From: Phoronis australis
Taxonomy: Eukaryota > Animalia > Phoronida
Length of the DNA: 64,000 nt
Assembly (NCBI GenBank): GCA_002633005.1
Contig: NMRA01000050.1
Span: forward strand, 212,161-276,160
Direction: 5' to 3'
The notes under the pieces are model-generated. The model saw only the letters and a program-made list of their open reading frames with translations. It was not told the DNA's origin and made no database searches. Position numbers and translations under genes: made by a program. This document shows, in pieces, positions 47,301-61,400 of the stretch (within the stretch, counting starts at the first letter, position 1; each line of letters starts with the position of its first letter).

Positions 47301-50300
47301 CTATGCTATAATGTTTTTGAAAAAGTGTCTTCACAATTTCCACACTTCATAGTGAGTAGATCTCGTCAATACAGAAATATGTCAATTATAACAGGCTTAA
47401 AAACAATCCAATTTTCATGTTTCGGGCCTCTTGCGTTGACCAGAGCCTGATTCGTAAGCAAATCGTGTGAAGGAAAACAAGAATGTCGCAAACTGGAGCC
47501 CAGTGTCGATGATTTTTAGACTTCCTGTATTTACTTGATTTCTGCTTTATTGGCAACGTTTTCTTGAGCTGTGTTTTTTATTTATTTCTCTCGGATATGC
47601 CGCGTAATTCTGAGAATCTCACTCGATATACATTCTTCATTGTATATGCTAACTCGAACCACGTAATTCTAGGTAAAAGTTTTCTTTAGCACTGGTCGGC
47701 TATATAGTGGACCCTAATTTAGGGAAACAGCCAATCATTGAATACCGGGCAGGTTACTCAGTGGATGAAACTGGATCCATTATATCCAATCTGTGCTCCT
47801 TCTTTTAGCTGTCTCCCTTACAACCATTGTACTTCATGCGAGTGATATTCGTCATCTCTTCTGTGTGTGTCAGTGTGTGGATATACATAGGCTTACATGA
47901 TTCCAGGAATGTCTCAGGAAGAAATAACGGCCAATATCCTCCTCTTCTTCATGGCTGGTTACGATACGACTTCTCAAGTTCTGCAGTTTGTATCCTACCT
48001 ACTGGCTATCCACCCCGAGTGGCAAGATAAAGTAATCGAAGAAATTGACGAGAAGCTTCAAGGGGTAAGTAAAATGCTGATAGTCGTTAGCAATGATGTG
48101 TGCGTACTGGTTAGCATACTACCCAGCAGTACTACATTTCACTAGGCTAGCATTTAACAAATTTGTCAAGATCAACAGTTAGATTACCAGTCTTCGTACC
48201 ATATCGTCATGCGTAGTCGGAAAACATGTGATGTCACCAGCCTTCTCTCGCGTATTAATTGCTCTACAGAATACATCCAGGATCATGGAACTTGCATCGG
48301 TTTTGGGGATGTAACTTCGAGGTCAGGAGGTCATACGAGGTTTATCCTACAAAGCATGTACTGAGGAACCATGTTCCGGGCGCATACATTTTCAGCAGTA
48401 ACAAGAACAAGTCACGTATTTCACGTGACCTGTCACTAAACGGATGTCAAACACGGCTTTGCCTTAGAAACAGATTTCAGTGACGACTCCCCCACGTCAC
48501 ACCTCTGCTGCTAATGGAACTTACAACAACATCCGCTCTCAATGGGAACTGTAGCGCCATTGATCTGACGTTTTGAGTTGTTTCCGGTTGTGTACGGGCT
48601 AGGACTAAAGTTGGAGTGGCTGATCTCGACTTAATCCCTAGTCTGGTTTAACAAAAGGTCTCGACGTGATCACTAGTTTGTTTTAACAAAAGAAAATTTT
48701 GACTTACTACGTCCTCCTGAAAGATTTGAGATGCCTAAAAATAACGCAAATTATACAAGTTTAGCATTTTCTGCCCAATAATTACAAATTCACAACAGGC
48801 CTTGTCTCAGAGCGGAGACAATAATCTTGATTCTCTTGCACTGTAGATCTCGGAAATACAGGTCAAAGGTCAAACAAGTAGTTATTACCAACCAAATGTC
48901 TTCCATTCATTTGAAGGGTACCTGTATCCGCTGCAAAGAAATTGGAGGGACTTCTGGATCGGTCTACAACAGAGCAAAATCCAAATTCGTAACTTATTTT
49001 ACTTAAAACAACTTCATAGAACTATTGAATACCAATCGCTCCCAATTTACTTCACAGAATTGCCATCAAATCTGATACACAATATTTTTTTTTTCATTTT
49101 GAGGAGCTACAAACGGCTGAACCGTGGTCTTAGACCTACGCTGTCGTGCATTGTGTGACGTACAAGAGAAGTACTCTCGCCATTTGAACTTATCACCAAA
49201 CAGTAATACAGTTTGACGAGCAAATATAATCTTTTCAATTTTAGAACCAACCCAATCACGACAACGTCCAAACGCTCGATGTGATGGAAATGTGCTACTG
49301 TGAGGCGATGAGAATGTACCCCCCGGGATGGATGTAAGTCCACAAAAGCAGTCAGTAAGGCAATAGCTGCGTTTCCGCTAGAGTGCATTTATTATGTTGT
49401 ATAAATTTAATCGTCTGCTTTATTCCGCGCTTGTATCGTCAATGTTCATGTGAATACCGAAAACAGTCAACCATGCTAAAAAAGGAAGCAACTCTCTTGA
49501 AAAGTCAATTTAACTTGAAAAAAGTGTTTTTTAACCAGGAGAGGAAACTTTTCTACGTTGTTACCAACTATAAAAATGTGTAAAACAGTAAAAAGTAAGA
49601 GAGCGAACGACGACATAAAACTTATGAAAAATCTAGTCTTTTGAGTATTGCTATTTTGCACCCCTTTGAGAAATAAAAATGTTTGAAACGTTGGACTTTG
49701 GATTCCATTTCATATCGACGTTCGTCTGTTATTCTTCAACAATCGGCAGGCTAACTGTTGTACTTCTAACAAGTTCGGAGGTTGGGTATACTTCTGACAA
49801 ACACCTGCTGCGCATGTCACAACTAGGTTGTTGAATTTCAAGTAGTCGAAATTACTGAACAGTCTGCCCGTACATGAAGTTGAGAGTTACCAGTTGCGTA
49901 CCACCACAGTTCAACTAGTGGAAATTACAGAACAGCCTACACGTAGATGAAGTTAAGAGTTACCAGTTGCGTAGCACCACAATTCTAGCTAAAGGGTGGA
50001 TTCTTTCGCGCGCATTAATTCACTACTCGAAAATGAACGAGGTGGGAACCTTTATACGGGGACCTCGCCGAAGTTCGATGCAAAAATGATGTGCATACTT
50101 GATGAACTCAATCAAATAAAGCACTAGACGGCGTTTTGTTTTTATACTGGTTTAACTCAAATTCTAAAAAGCTCTAGCAAGCACCAAACGCACACCAATA
50201 GACCTACCGTTACGATTCTTCGAAGTGCTACGAGAGGTGCACTTTGAATTGATCATGAAATGTCTTCTCTTTGATTAACAAAACGGGTTTCTGATTGATT

Positions 50301-52068
50301 GAAAAGGATCGTAAAGCACTTCAACTAATTGATGGTGAGACATCTAGCAGTACACTACTTCCTTTGTGACCAAAAGAATAGAATAAACCAGTACCATTTA
50401 CACAACTTTGTGTCTTTGACATACACACAATTGCAAGTCGTCGAACAAAACAAAAAATAACACGATTCACTACTCTTTATCGGCTCAACTCCGTATCACG
50501 TATGTATAGCTCATTCCCCGTACCATACAAAAAAACGTGCGCGCGTGCGCGCACACACACACACATACAAACACACACACACACACACATACACACCTTT
50601 ACGGCAAATGTCCGAACCAAGGCATGCGCAGTTATGCTCACTCGGTTTTTGTGTTAGTTCCATCGTCAGTCCACTGAGGTTTACAACAACGGGTCGAAAG
50701 AATACAGTTGCCGGTTTCCGAAATAGTACGGTCGAACTGAAATTTAATGCTTGAGTCGACTCAAAATCGCTTCTCACCTAAGCAAGGAACGAGTTTAGAC
50801 CAAAATTGTAAGAGTACACGTGGTTTCAATAAAAAAATCATTTCTTTGAGCGAACGCGGGTTTAGAAATTAGTAGTTTCAAAAAATGATTTTGAAACAAT
50901 AAATCACCTGCCATACGGTACAGTTCCGTAAAATACCATGAGATTGCTTAGTCCGGATGTGAAAATACATACAAAGATGTATTCATTTTCAGGGTCGACA
51001 GAATTTGTTCTGATGATGTCACGGTCAATGGGGTATTCTTTGGCAAGGGCACGGAAGTGACGATTCCATGTTGGCAGATCCATCATGATCCGCAGTATTA
51101 TCCCGATCCAGAGGTGTTTAATCCGGAGAGGTGAGTTATATCTGAAAGGGTTACATATTTTATCTCAGGACTCAATACTGCTTCACACCATCTGAACTTT
51201 TGCTAAGGCTGGACAGAATTTATACTAACTCAAATTAAGTTGGGAACATCAATCGTGACAGACAAGCTGTAAAATCAATTTTTCAAGTTACAAATAATCT
51301 AATTGCTTAGTCAGTTATTAAAATCGGTTTTGTTCTAAATTTTACCTAAGGTTCACTGCAGAAGCAAAGCAGGCTCGTAAACCGTACACGTACTTGCCAT
51401 TTGGTATGGGACCACGGAACTGCATTGGAATGAGACTGGCCCAGATGGAACTGAAGATGTTGTTAACTTCGATCCTTCAGAAATACAAGTTCATTCCGTG
51501 TGAGCGAACACAGGTGGGTCGCAGGGAATTGCATATCCGGAACATTCTCCTATTAAAGAGAGTGAACACGTGTTTAAAGAAACGAAACTGCAAAGAGGTT
51601 TGGTTCGTCGGATATTTCTGAGTGCCAAATTGTGCTGCTTTTAAGTGTCGCTAGAAATGGGAAAGTGATAAACTGAGTGTAGCCAGTTGTGCAGCGCAGT
51701 GCCTGCTGTTCACCGTTGTCTTTGATGGAAACCCTTATGGGTCCGATTGACAATCAACCACTTCTCGAACCTTTGAAAGTTCACTAACAAAGTGAGTTTT
51801 TCTGATAAATGAATACGTATTCACAACGTTTCTCTCAGCAATGTTTGTTTATAGCGTCAATTTTCGCAGTGGTACACATACATGTAGGAGTACATACGAA
51901 GTGTTTCTTTTTGGGCATAAATGACGGGTGTTCATGGTAACATTCAGACATGTGGAACATTTGGATTAAATTCATTGATCGTATCGATTTTAGGTGCCTC
52001 TTGTAATCGACAAAAACCAACCGATAAAGCCCACGAATGGCGTCTGGCTCAAGGTCGTAGCCAGATGA
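26371..52068 (+). CDS. Cytochrome P450 clan 3 (CYP3A-like), paralog 2, 14 exons, 514 aa
   Basis: Exons: 26371-26456, 28552-28654, 30021-30073, 30865-30961, 31620-31733, 33700-33788, 34218-34366, 39151-39290, 47189-47279, 47907-48064, 49245-49333, 50993-51130, 51351-51513, 51994-52068 (1545 nt, frame open, all GT-AG). Motifs [44 protein letters not shown]. Confidence 0.95.
27449..27925. mobile_element. MITE with GGGGG...CCCCC termini and internal subrepeats
   Basis: ggggg..tcaacaattggttggacttcaaaaacc is inverted at ggtttttgaagtccaccaattgttgaccccc; superfamily not assignable. Confidence 0.7.
32236..32387. repeat. Tandem duplication, ~73-bp unit x2, possibly within a LINE 3' remnant
   Basis: tctaccagt.ct.gaccacgtgacatga.gtgttcctcagtctcaatcgcaccagt occurs twice. 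Minus strand translates [14 protein letters not shown], like a LINE C-terminal zinc knuckle. Confidence 0.75.
34396..34448. mobile_element. Truncated mini-MITE (same family as 19276)
   Basis: cgcagcactgaaaaagtg...ccccagccccc...gtgcgccgcctatg. Confidence 0.6.
34947..35447. mobile_element. One end of a Kolobok-like element (same family as 4567-6085)
   Basis: TTAA|AGGCGAAGGCAACC terminus, TIR homology and accessory ORF start at 35284; truncated at N 35448. Confidence 0.7.
36313..36404 (-). mobile_element. tRNA-derived SINE, 5' half
   Basis: Reverse complement matches 10469-10560, including A and B boxes. Confidence 0.8.
37778..37940 (+). repeat. Unclassified interspersed repeat (copy 2)
   Basis: Homologous to 10010-10200. 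Confidence 0.7.
38060..38152. repeat. Imperfect palindrome (probable foldback element end)
   Basis: tagattattac...ccccc..tctagaaccc/gggctctaga..ggggg...gtaataatcta. Confidence 0.55.
38683..38760 (+). other. tRNA-derived Pol III promoter-like fragment
   Basis: A box TGGTGTAGTGG and B box GGTTCGAAACC at tRNA-like spacing; cloverleaf not intact. Confidence 0.5.
43324..43482. mobile_element. Dimeric mini-MITE with 5-bp TSD
   Basis: TTAGC|CATGGACGGCGCAGC...GCGCCGCCCATG|TTAGC. Confidence 0.8.
43535..44244. mobile_element. PIF/Harbinger-type MITE (710 bp)
   Basis: ~35-bp TIR AGGCCCAGTCA.ACAGCCGAT.ACGCATGA.TCAC at both ends; TWA flanks (TAA/TTA); internal atgcgt-rich subrepeats. Confidence 0.8.
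49843..49990. repeat. Tandem duplication, ~73-bp unit x2
   Basis: tagt.gaaattac.gaacag...gaagtt.agagttaccagttgcgta.caccaca occurs twice. Confidence 0.85.
50552..50596. repeat. Imperfect (CA)n microsatellite
   Basis: Read directly. Confidence 0.9.
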
Positions 52069-53548
52069 TTCGCAAGGTGTTTGCTGCATCCAGATGACGG
52101 TCAACCATCGAATAAAGATAAACGATCAAAAGAAGTAGATTACGTCTGCTAAAAGCAGATCCAGATAGTATGGAGGAAGTAATGTTACTGTTGAATTGCG
52201 TGTGATCAATGGCTATGATCGACTGAATATTAGTTTATTCTGAAGCTCCTCTCTTGTCATTTTGAATAAGTAATTAATCGGAAGTTTTTTATTTCGGAAA
52301 TACGTTATCTTTAACCAAGTTTTATAAATTCTCTGTTCCTATTGTCCCTCTAACAGAGAAAATATAACGAGTGTGTGGTGAGTCGAAAGATTCACTGGAG
52401 TAGGAATGTTTTGTAAATTACAGCCCTGTTTGTATTTGAGTTGCCCTCTAGTCATGCAAAGTAAAAGTCTAGAATGTCATTCAACTTTGACAGCCATTTC
52501 TGACGTACCCTGAGGATTTTATCAATTACTCGTGGAAATCTACATTGAATTCTGTCAAGTTTAAAAATCAGATATCCCCTTGAACAAATTGTTTTGTGTG
52601 AAAAAAATGGTTTGTTAAACTCTTAACTGAAAGGGTTCGGAAGGATTATAACTAAACAAGATAAATATTCACACCAACGATATCTTTGGTGCGTCCGTAG
52701 ATATATACTGTAGATTTTAGCCTTCTGTATGAGTGAAAGCAACAATAAAAATTGCCTGATATTACTTTCTTTGTTGCCAATAGAACCTTTCCATGATACT
52801 GCAGCACACGGCCATAAGTTCTGGTCTGGCAATACATATTAACCTGGCGAAAATTTTCTTCCAAGGATCACTTGGTTATGCCAATGAAACGCTGACAAAT
52901 TCTGGTCACACGCATTCCCTCGAAAAACTTGTTAGTCCAAACGATAAATCCTAACAGTTTCTTTAAAAACAACACAACTACTACTTTTGAGAACAACAGT
53001 TCACTCAATATTGCAAATGCGACAAACGTTACGGCACGACGGGTTAGTTACACGGACTACGTAATTTTTTATATTACATGGGCGTATCACAAAGTAGTGC
53101 AAAGTACAAATACATACGCCTTACATGTTATCATCTGCAAAACACTAATACCAAGAACCAAACGCACGCCAACCAAACAATGTCGGCATTCCGTGAACGT
53201 GACAACGCTATGATTGACTGACAAATATCCGTGTCGCAACGGTACGTAGTCCCTACTCCCAGTCGGAAGGACGTGCAAACGACTTCTTAAACAGACCCAT
53301 CTTCGACGGCGAGTGCCATATCCACGTTATTTCAAACAGAGACGAATCCCAACTCCAAAGACTATTAGATTCTAACATTTGTTACGAAAGTAAAATGCTG
53401 TTTACAATTGTTAAGTTTAAAATAAAAGTACTGAGTTTGCTTTGCGCAAGCTTGTTTTTACAAAAGTTGTGTCATGTGGTTGAAAGTTTTTAATCACGTC
53501 AAGTTTTTAGGCAAAAAGATCTTTTTTTACGGTTCAAGTGAGAAAACA

Positions 53549-53692
53549 AATCCTACACTCGCGTCAAGTTAATGACATGGACAGAGCCTCATGGAAATTT
53601 CGTCAAAATCCCCCGGCAAGCCTCGACTGAGATTTTGACGAAATTTCCAAGAGGTTTCGTCCATGTCATAAACCTGAGACTCATGTAGGATT
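53549..53692. repeat. Long imperfect hairpin (~60-bp arms, ~20-nt loop)
   Basis: aatcctaca...atgacatggac...cctc.tggaaatttcgtcaaaatc pairs with gattttgacgaaatttcca.gagg...gtccatgtcat...tgtaggatt. Confidence 0.85.
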
Positions 53693-55379
53693 CTCTATAT
53701 ACAACTCTTTTCTGTTTTGGTTAGGAATGAGCTGACGGTGCTGTATTTTGCTTTATTCAGACCTTGCAACTATACCACAGGGACGATTTAAATCTGCAAT
53801 GTTTGGACAAAATCCTCGGTTTACCAACCTCAATGTCAGTGGAGCGTGTTTGTGAATACTTATTTACAGACGGGTTAAGTGTCCAGTTTACATGGGAAAA
53901 GCGTACCATCTGTATTTATAGTTGTGTCCCCTTTGTGTAGGTGAACTATATTGAACTATATGTACAAAGGTGTATCCGCTGCGGTGGATAGATTTACTAA
54001 TTGAGGTACCCATTCTGATGTACGCTCTCTGAAATCCACTCCCAGCTATTTTTTATCTATATTTCAAATATAGTACATGTACATGCAGTACGTGTGCCCA
54101 TTTCTACGTATCAAAACGAAATATTTAACGAGATGACGAAATACAAAATTGAATATATAGTTGCTGTAAATACATCCATATTCAGTCTAAAAGGTACAAT
54201 CTCTGTTCAAATCGTAACTTTTATCAAGAAGTTCCGAATAACAGTTGGAGTGTTGTCTCATGTAAGATTTTGGTACTTGTGTTCATGCACTGTAACGGCG
54301 CAAGCCATTTGTTTACTAAACAATTCTTACGATGGCTGTGAAAGGACGGCACGGCTACTCACTCTTCTCTGTTGCTAATTCTATCAGTCTATCGATAGAG
54401 TTAGCAACGGAGAAAAAAGTTGCCGTGACGTCCTTTTACAGTCACCGTACATTTTTGTTGGAGTAGTATGATTTTTGTTTCAGGCAATTGTCAACATATG
54501 AGTGAATCCCTTCCATGTTTCATCGCGTAACTTTGTATTTCAACCAATAGTATGAGTTTTCGATAAACATCTTTCACGATCACGCTGGATTGTGATACTC
54601 AGACACCTCCTTATTCACAACGTTAAATCAAAACAAAGACCCGGTGAAAACGGAATCTTTGAGCATTTTTTTAAAAATGACAATTTAAAAATTGTCGTTT
54701 TCGGATCATAATCTATGAGTTTCATCAGCCGATTTGGTGCATTTATCAAGCTTCAGTGGCGTTTGCCACCGAAACAACACAGACTATTGAGTCATGCAGT
54801 CAAATTTAGCTTTTAAGTTTGACCATGAGGCGATTCGTCATTGAATGTGACCTGGTTTCGTCATGAGATAGGCATACTTGTTTACTGACAGGTTTCGTCA
54901 GTACTGTACGCGTGGCGAGGTCAAGCAAAATCCCTGTATACCGCGGGCTGGATCAGTGCTGTGATGAAGCACTCGCTTACTGGGCTTGACGTCTGCCATT
55001 GGCAGTGCCCGGCAATTTTATGTGACTTGGTTTCACCAAGAGGCTTGTAACTTACTGGTTCTATTTTTTTTTTTTTTTTTTTTTAATGATCTGATCACGC
55101 TGCACTGATGTCCATGCTTTTAAAATAACGTCACATCCTTTTTTAACCAACGCCACCTGATGCAATACATCTCTTATGGCCAAACTTTAGCAGTGAACGT
55201 ATCAGACATAAAGCTGGGTAGGTCTAAACCTACAAATCGGGAGGGTGAGAATAGCCGCGACCAATTAAGGCAGTTTGTCAGATGAAATTCGCAATAAACA
55301 CCAGGGCCTTGTTCACGGAAATCAGTACGGTTGAACGCACAACCGTCATCATTGCTATTAAAAGCTATGCCTTGTCCAT

Positions 55380-55389
55380 TATATATATA
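55380..55389 (+). promoter_or_regulatory. Candidate TATA box of paralog 3
   Basis: TATATATATA starting 55 nt upstream of the ATG, with Inr-like TCAGT about 30 nt downstream. Confidence 0.4.
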
Positions 55390-55434
55390 GGCCAACAAAG
55401 GTGAACTTGTTCAGTACATTTCATCACCTCCGAC

Positions 55435-58400
55435 ATGGCACTACTAGAGGTTCTCTCGCTTGTATCAGTCATCCCCTCATGGGCCGTGTACTTGACCATC
55501 ACTATCATCACCATCTGCGTGTAAGTAACTACGTCTGTTTGTGTTTGTTAAAATAAATTCTCTTGGACACTCCGATGAGCATTGCATCGATAAAGCAGTT
55601 AAACTGAACTGACCAGTTATGTAGGCCAGCCTGCGTCACACTATGCATTCATGTGATCAATACTACAATACTGTGTAAAGTCCGTGAAAGAATGATGTCC
55701 AACTTATAATTGCAGGCGGTCTGATACACGTTGTACCAGACGTGCGCAAGCCTCGAATGTGGGCCCATTGCACTGATCACCTGGAAATATTTTTATGCTT
55801 TATTGATATATGGTTAAAACCGAGCTGAGGAGCTAGAAAACTGGCTCAAGGGTTTAGCAGTGTGACCTGGTGGGACTCCGGCGAATCCACGACCTCGAGT
55901 AAAGAAAACGGTCACTTCTTCAAGCAGGCTACACTGTCCAACTTGCACACACATGACATATTGTATAAAGAATTGGCTGACTTTAATGAGTTAGTTTGTC
56001 GTGCCGCTCAATGTTCGAAGATAACTAACGCCTATCGATTTCTTAATTCCAGGTATATCAATATGGTGTATATCAATAATTTCTCTCGTCGACACGGACA
56101 AGTAGGTCCAACGCCATTTCCAATTTTTGGTCATCTCCCCAGGTTCTTTAGAAAAGTAAGCAGTGGTTTGATTCTATGAAATTTAAATTCATATTTTAAT
56201 CCTGGTAACTATTTGTTTTGCGAACGCTTAAAAGGATCCTAAACCCTCTTACTAGCTGTGTACTAAACTCTCTTAGTGGAAATTTGATTCAAAACTGGTT
56301 ACGTCACCTGTCTTTTATACATTGTTCTGTACCAAAGATTATAGGGATCTATTTTAGTTGACATTGAGTTGATGCAACTGTGTCGTTATAGACCAGTGCG
56401 TTTATATCAGTCGTGTAACTAAGAATTGTTAGTCTTCATCATGAACGCCATATGTTGGTCACGTCACCAGTACGGTTATCTGACCGACCGGGATGTGAAC
56501 AATGGATTTTTTGCCAACCTTCATGTCGTGAACACATCCACTAAAACAAGAAACTGTAGGAACACCGCATTTATCCACCTTCACTCTTATCAGGCTTCTA
56601 TTGTGAGTCAGCATGCGTGAGTAATTGGCTGATAAGCCACCTCTGGAACTACTTTTGGCTGAATGGATGACCAGGCCATAAAATGATAATATTAGCCAAG
56701 ACCAGTTACTAATGCAACAAAGAATAATGTCGTAGTATCACCTAGCCTTGGTGGAAAGCTGTATACTGTATTGGCTCTAATAAACGCTTAGAAAAAATCA
56801 TTTCACGGGGAGGGGATTCTTATTGTAGCCTACGGCAGTTGAAAGCCGGTTTCCCAAACGGGTAAAATCGGAAGCTAGGATTCATAAAATTTACGCTTTG
56901 TGACGAATTTTTAGCCTATGACAGTCTTTCTACAAAATTGTGGTGCATTGCTATGAACTTCCGTTGTTAAATTACGATAATTTTTCAAAAAATTGTGCTC
57001 ATCACAGGGCGAAAACTTGCCGACTGATGCGTCGCCGCTGAATCGCCATCGTCAATAGGAAAACTTGTACTCTTGAATAAAAATATAGTTTCGACTCAAC
57101 AAATTACCTGAAATCTTCCTGATGTTTTACAATTTTTAAAGTTCATGTGGAGTCCAGATTAATTGCGATTAAGTCCAAATGTGCGCTACATCGTACTCCA
57201 CAACAAGAGAAAAATCTCTGGATGAACACACATGTTGTTGTCACGTGACGTTTGTTTTGAAGGTCGTCTGTGTATGAGAGTGAGTGAGCGTGCGTGTGCG
57301 GGTCATCGACGATAGACTTTTTTGTTACAAAAGGCGGAGGATTATGCAAGAAAATGGCGTTTACTAGATTGTTTTTCACTTAAACGGCTGTAACGTGCAA
57401 GGTGAGTGCTGGTTAACTCACAGATTTTGTGTGCACAGGCCGACTGTCGTTAGCTCTGCCGTGGAGTATTAATAGTCCAAGGCTCGATCTACATGTTGGG
57501 GACGAAATGAACTACCCGGGCTGTGTGAAATTTCTGGGTCTAACGGAGACACTGACGCAGTGGTCAGTCAGATCGCTGTATCAAGACTATAGTCAAAATC
57601 CAAATTCGTTTTATCGTGTCCCTGTCAATAATAACGGCATGTTAAAGCCTTCTTAATTTTCGTACTTCAGGAACATAACAATCACGTGTTTTGTACACAT
57701 ACGCGCACGCCGCAGATCACATCTCGGAAATTGCCGATTTGACGGATGACAATGAATGAACACAATGAAATTAACAACGTCGTTTTACAGCTTGTAAGAT
57801 TCATAATAAAAGTATTTTGAATATTGCAATGCATGTGTTCCAAAATCTAAATAACTTGGGTCCTATATTTTTGTATTAGTGCGCGCCGAATGAAAGTAAT
57901 CGTGAGTGTTGCTGTGTTGCAAAATCTCTTATCCTGGGCCGATTTGAAAAATTCAAAGTTGTACTCATATTTGTTTTCGCTCCTCTTTTCAAATATTACA
58001 GTAAAAACTACGTAAAACTCTCACCATAAAAAGTACAGTCTGCTAGCTAGATTGTAATCAGCTGATCATATCCGCATGAGCGAAGCCAATTATCCTCGCT
58101 CGTGACTCGATGACTAGAGCAGCCTGGCGGCATCCCTTTGATCGTGAGCCGAGTGCGACTCAGCCAGGGTGGATAAATACGGTCTAGTTCAATTTTCCAT
58201 ACCCCTGGTGTTAGAACCAATTTTATTTAGTGGGAATGTTCATAGCATGTTGCAGACTCTCTGGCCCACTGATCTATCCGGATTACAGATATTAAAATAT
58301 AATTAACAGAAAACATCTTACAAGGATGATGAGTAGATAAGGACAAAGCCCCCGCACAGCTTCGCAAGATAGGACGATGTCGCCTAATTCTGTCCTCGCT

Positions 58401-61400
58401 GCAAGTGATGTGGACATGGCTCAATCAGCATGAAACCGACTGGAAGGCAACAGTATTCAGACAAGACGCTGGCTGGAGTGGCAACAGCGTCGTTTGCTTT
58501 GTTGAAGGGTGTTTGAGTTACATGAAGCTGGCTCATGGCAATAGCGTTCATGCTTGTCCTTGGTTGTCTTTGCACTGCCCCGTTGGGACAGTTTGTTATC
58601 AGTTAAGCAGGGCCTGCAGTGACGGCTCATGGGGATTTCAGGGTGTTTAAACCTCCCTTGGGACATGACCGAAAAATAAAAATAAAAAACAGTAAAACAA
58701 GAACGGCACCGCCATCGTGTGTAAAATCCAAGTAAACCACCTCAAAAAAGTTGAGGAGCTCACCCTAAAAATATACTTTCTTTGCACTGCGATTTGCTGT
58801 AATCACGATAATCAAGGGATTTCGAGTTTTCGCGGCTCATCGGCAAGTCGAGCGGAGTTCAATTGTGCGCGCGCTTTCGTCGAAACTTCTGAAGTAGCCA
58901 AGCACTTTAGATGGATCTACCGCGGAAAAAGCAGATCTATAGCTGATTTTTTAGGTAACTAGCGTCTTTACTCTGCGGAATAATTGTACAGTGTACGTGT
59001 AATGTGTTTATTATAAAACGATCTGTTGCGAGGAACATCGTGGAATAAAAAGTACGTGTGTACAGAATCACTAACTATATTCGACTGACGAAAAACGTGG
59101 TTATAATACATGTGGCTACAGTGAACATGCGCAATAAAGACTTGCATAAGTTCTACATGTTTACTAACATGGTGCCTGCTAGGTAGATTATATACTCAAC
59201 ACGATCAACTCGTTTTCCGAAGAATGCTGTTGCGGGGCGCTGTGGTCTGGTTACAAGCCCGTTTCAAGAAACACCCTAGCAAGTTAGGCCTATACAAGGA
59301 ATGAACCCGGGGGGTACTCGCATTGACAAGATGGAGGCATTCGCGAAGAGTGTACAGTACCAGAAATTGCGGGTAGGGTGTACTTTCTCAGCAAGTCTTG
59401 CAGGAATCACGCGGTGTTCGGTAGGCCTTCTAAGGAGCCCTGGTTCGACCTCATCACTAACCGTCTTCATACCCGCAGTAAGTACCACTGCTATCTTCTA
59501 CACTGCGAATTTCCGCCCATGGGCGTTTAGTAGGTGTTACAATTTCGGGGTTGCAAGGGTTCAGCCATTGGGACGTTTATTCCGAGAATTGCAAGAAACG
59601 CAAATTGGTCCTGGGGTACATCGTCTTTGACAAAAGCGCAAGGTTTGAAGCAATTCATGATGAACGGGTCAAATGTAGTGTTGCGCATGTAACTCTTTTG
59701 AATGGATTTGGCAACATCAAGGGGCTTAGTGCCAAGCTGCACAACGAGATGCTGACACTGTAAAGGCTTACAAGCTCATTGATACAACAGTTGACGAGGT
59801 ACAAGTATTGGGAACAATCATCGAAGATGTCTGGATTTAATGGTTCCTAGACGAGCAAACCATTGGCTCTCGACAATCCAGACACTGGCAACACGTATAA
59901 TCATAGGGCTAACGTTCCTGCAGAAACATCCAGGTAATATGTTATAAGTCAACATAGTTTGTACATAATGCCGGTTTTCTGACATACTTCTTTCTTTCAG
60001 TTGATGCTTGTATACAATGAAAACGAAATAGAAATTATTTCCGGACATGCCAAATTTACTCAGTAAAGCACAGGGTGTACGAGCGCAAAGACACTGATTC
60101 TACATGTAGTTTGTGTTTCCACTTGGCTCTGTCTCTGCTTCATAACCAAAATCTATTTCACGTAGTGCGTAGTTAAAATTGTAATCAATAGTCGCTTCTT
60201 CCAGTAAGTACTACGGAAGAAAATTGCGAATACCCTTCCTTGACAACCTCCCACAGCAGGTAACCACCAGGTCTTTGAAAGACAACAGGCAAATGGACCT
60301 TGTCATTTCATGTGCCGTAGTGGTAATCAGGATGAGGAATGTAGACGTAGGCTCACTGGATGATCGTTTGCATTTCTAGGCCATAGACTTGTCATCACCG
60401 GATTCCCTGAAGGTGGTTGTCTGCCTTCTGACTATTGGCATTTTGGGTAACACGTTGCATCTTCTGTTAAATTACTGATTGCTCTATTTAATAGTAGAAG
60501 CATATAAGGTATCAATATCTTTGCTCGCATTTCAGCAATAACTCCGACGCTGGCGGTCTTTCTGGAATGCTCAAAGTCGAGAGAAATTTCCAGATAAGTT
60601 GCGTTCCACACTCAAGCACGCAGACGGCGACATCTTCCCAAACGTCAGGGAGCTGTTATTGATAGGATGTCTATCCCTATTGGATCCTGTGAAGCAGAGA
60701 GATCACTTTCTGTGATAAGGCTTGTGAAGACACATTTGAAGGCTACTATATTTGAGGAAAGGCTTGCTGGGTTATCGCTGATGGCAATGTATTACGAAAC
60801 AACGAAAAGACAAGACATGTCACTGGTCATCAAGCGCTTTATCCAGATCATCCCAAGGCGTGTGCACTGCAAGTCTATGTTGTTTGACTGGAAGTGAGCC
60901 AAGTTTTGTCAGTGTGTAACGGCAAGATGCATAAAGTACATGTATGAGCAACCACAGGGGATTAAAAAGTGTCTAGGGGACAGCTTTCATAAAGTACAGG
61001 TATGAGCAGCCACAGGGGATTAAAAAGTGTCTAGGGGACAGCTTTCATAAAGTACATGTATGAGCAGCCACAGGGGATTAAAAAGTGTCTAGGGGACAGC
61101 TTGCAATCCAGATTTTTGTATAGTGTACCTTAAGTCTCGCGAAGGACCAGGCCAGCTTATTTGTGTAGCTATGGACCTCTAGTATACTTCTGGTTTCTCG
61201 GCGAACTGATCTTGTAACATTTTTTACCGCAGTGCGCTTTGTAAAGCTGTCTACTGAACACTCAGTACTTTTTGCTCTCGCGACAGTTCTAGTATTTTTA
61301 GAGATATTTAGCATAGTGAACTTTTTGTCTCTCAGCGAACTGAACTTGTGATATCTTTTTACCACAGTGTGCTATGTAAAACTATTTACCTCAGTCAGTA

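Noticed and set aside
55400-55415. TGAACTTGTTCA as a PXR/CAR-like nuclear receptor element
   Set aside because: One half-site is imperfect, spacing is unlike ER6/DR3, it lies downstream of the candidate TATA and is not conserved in the other paralogs
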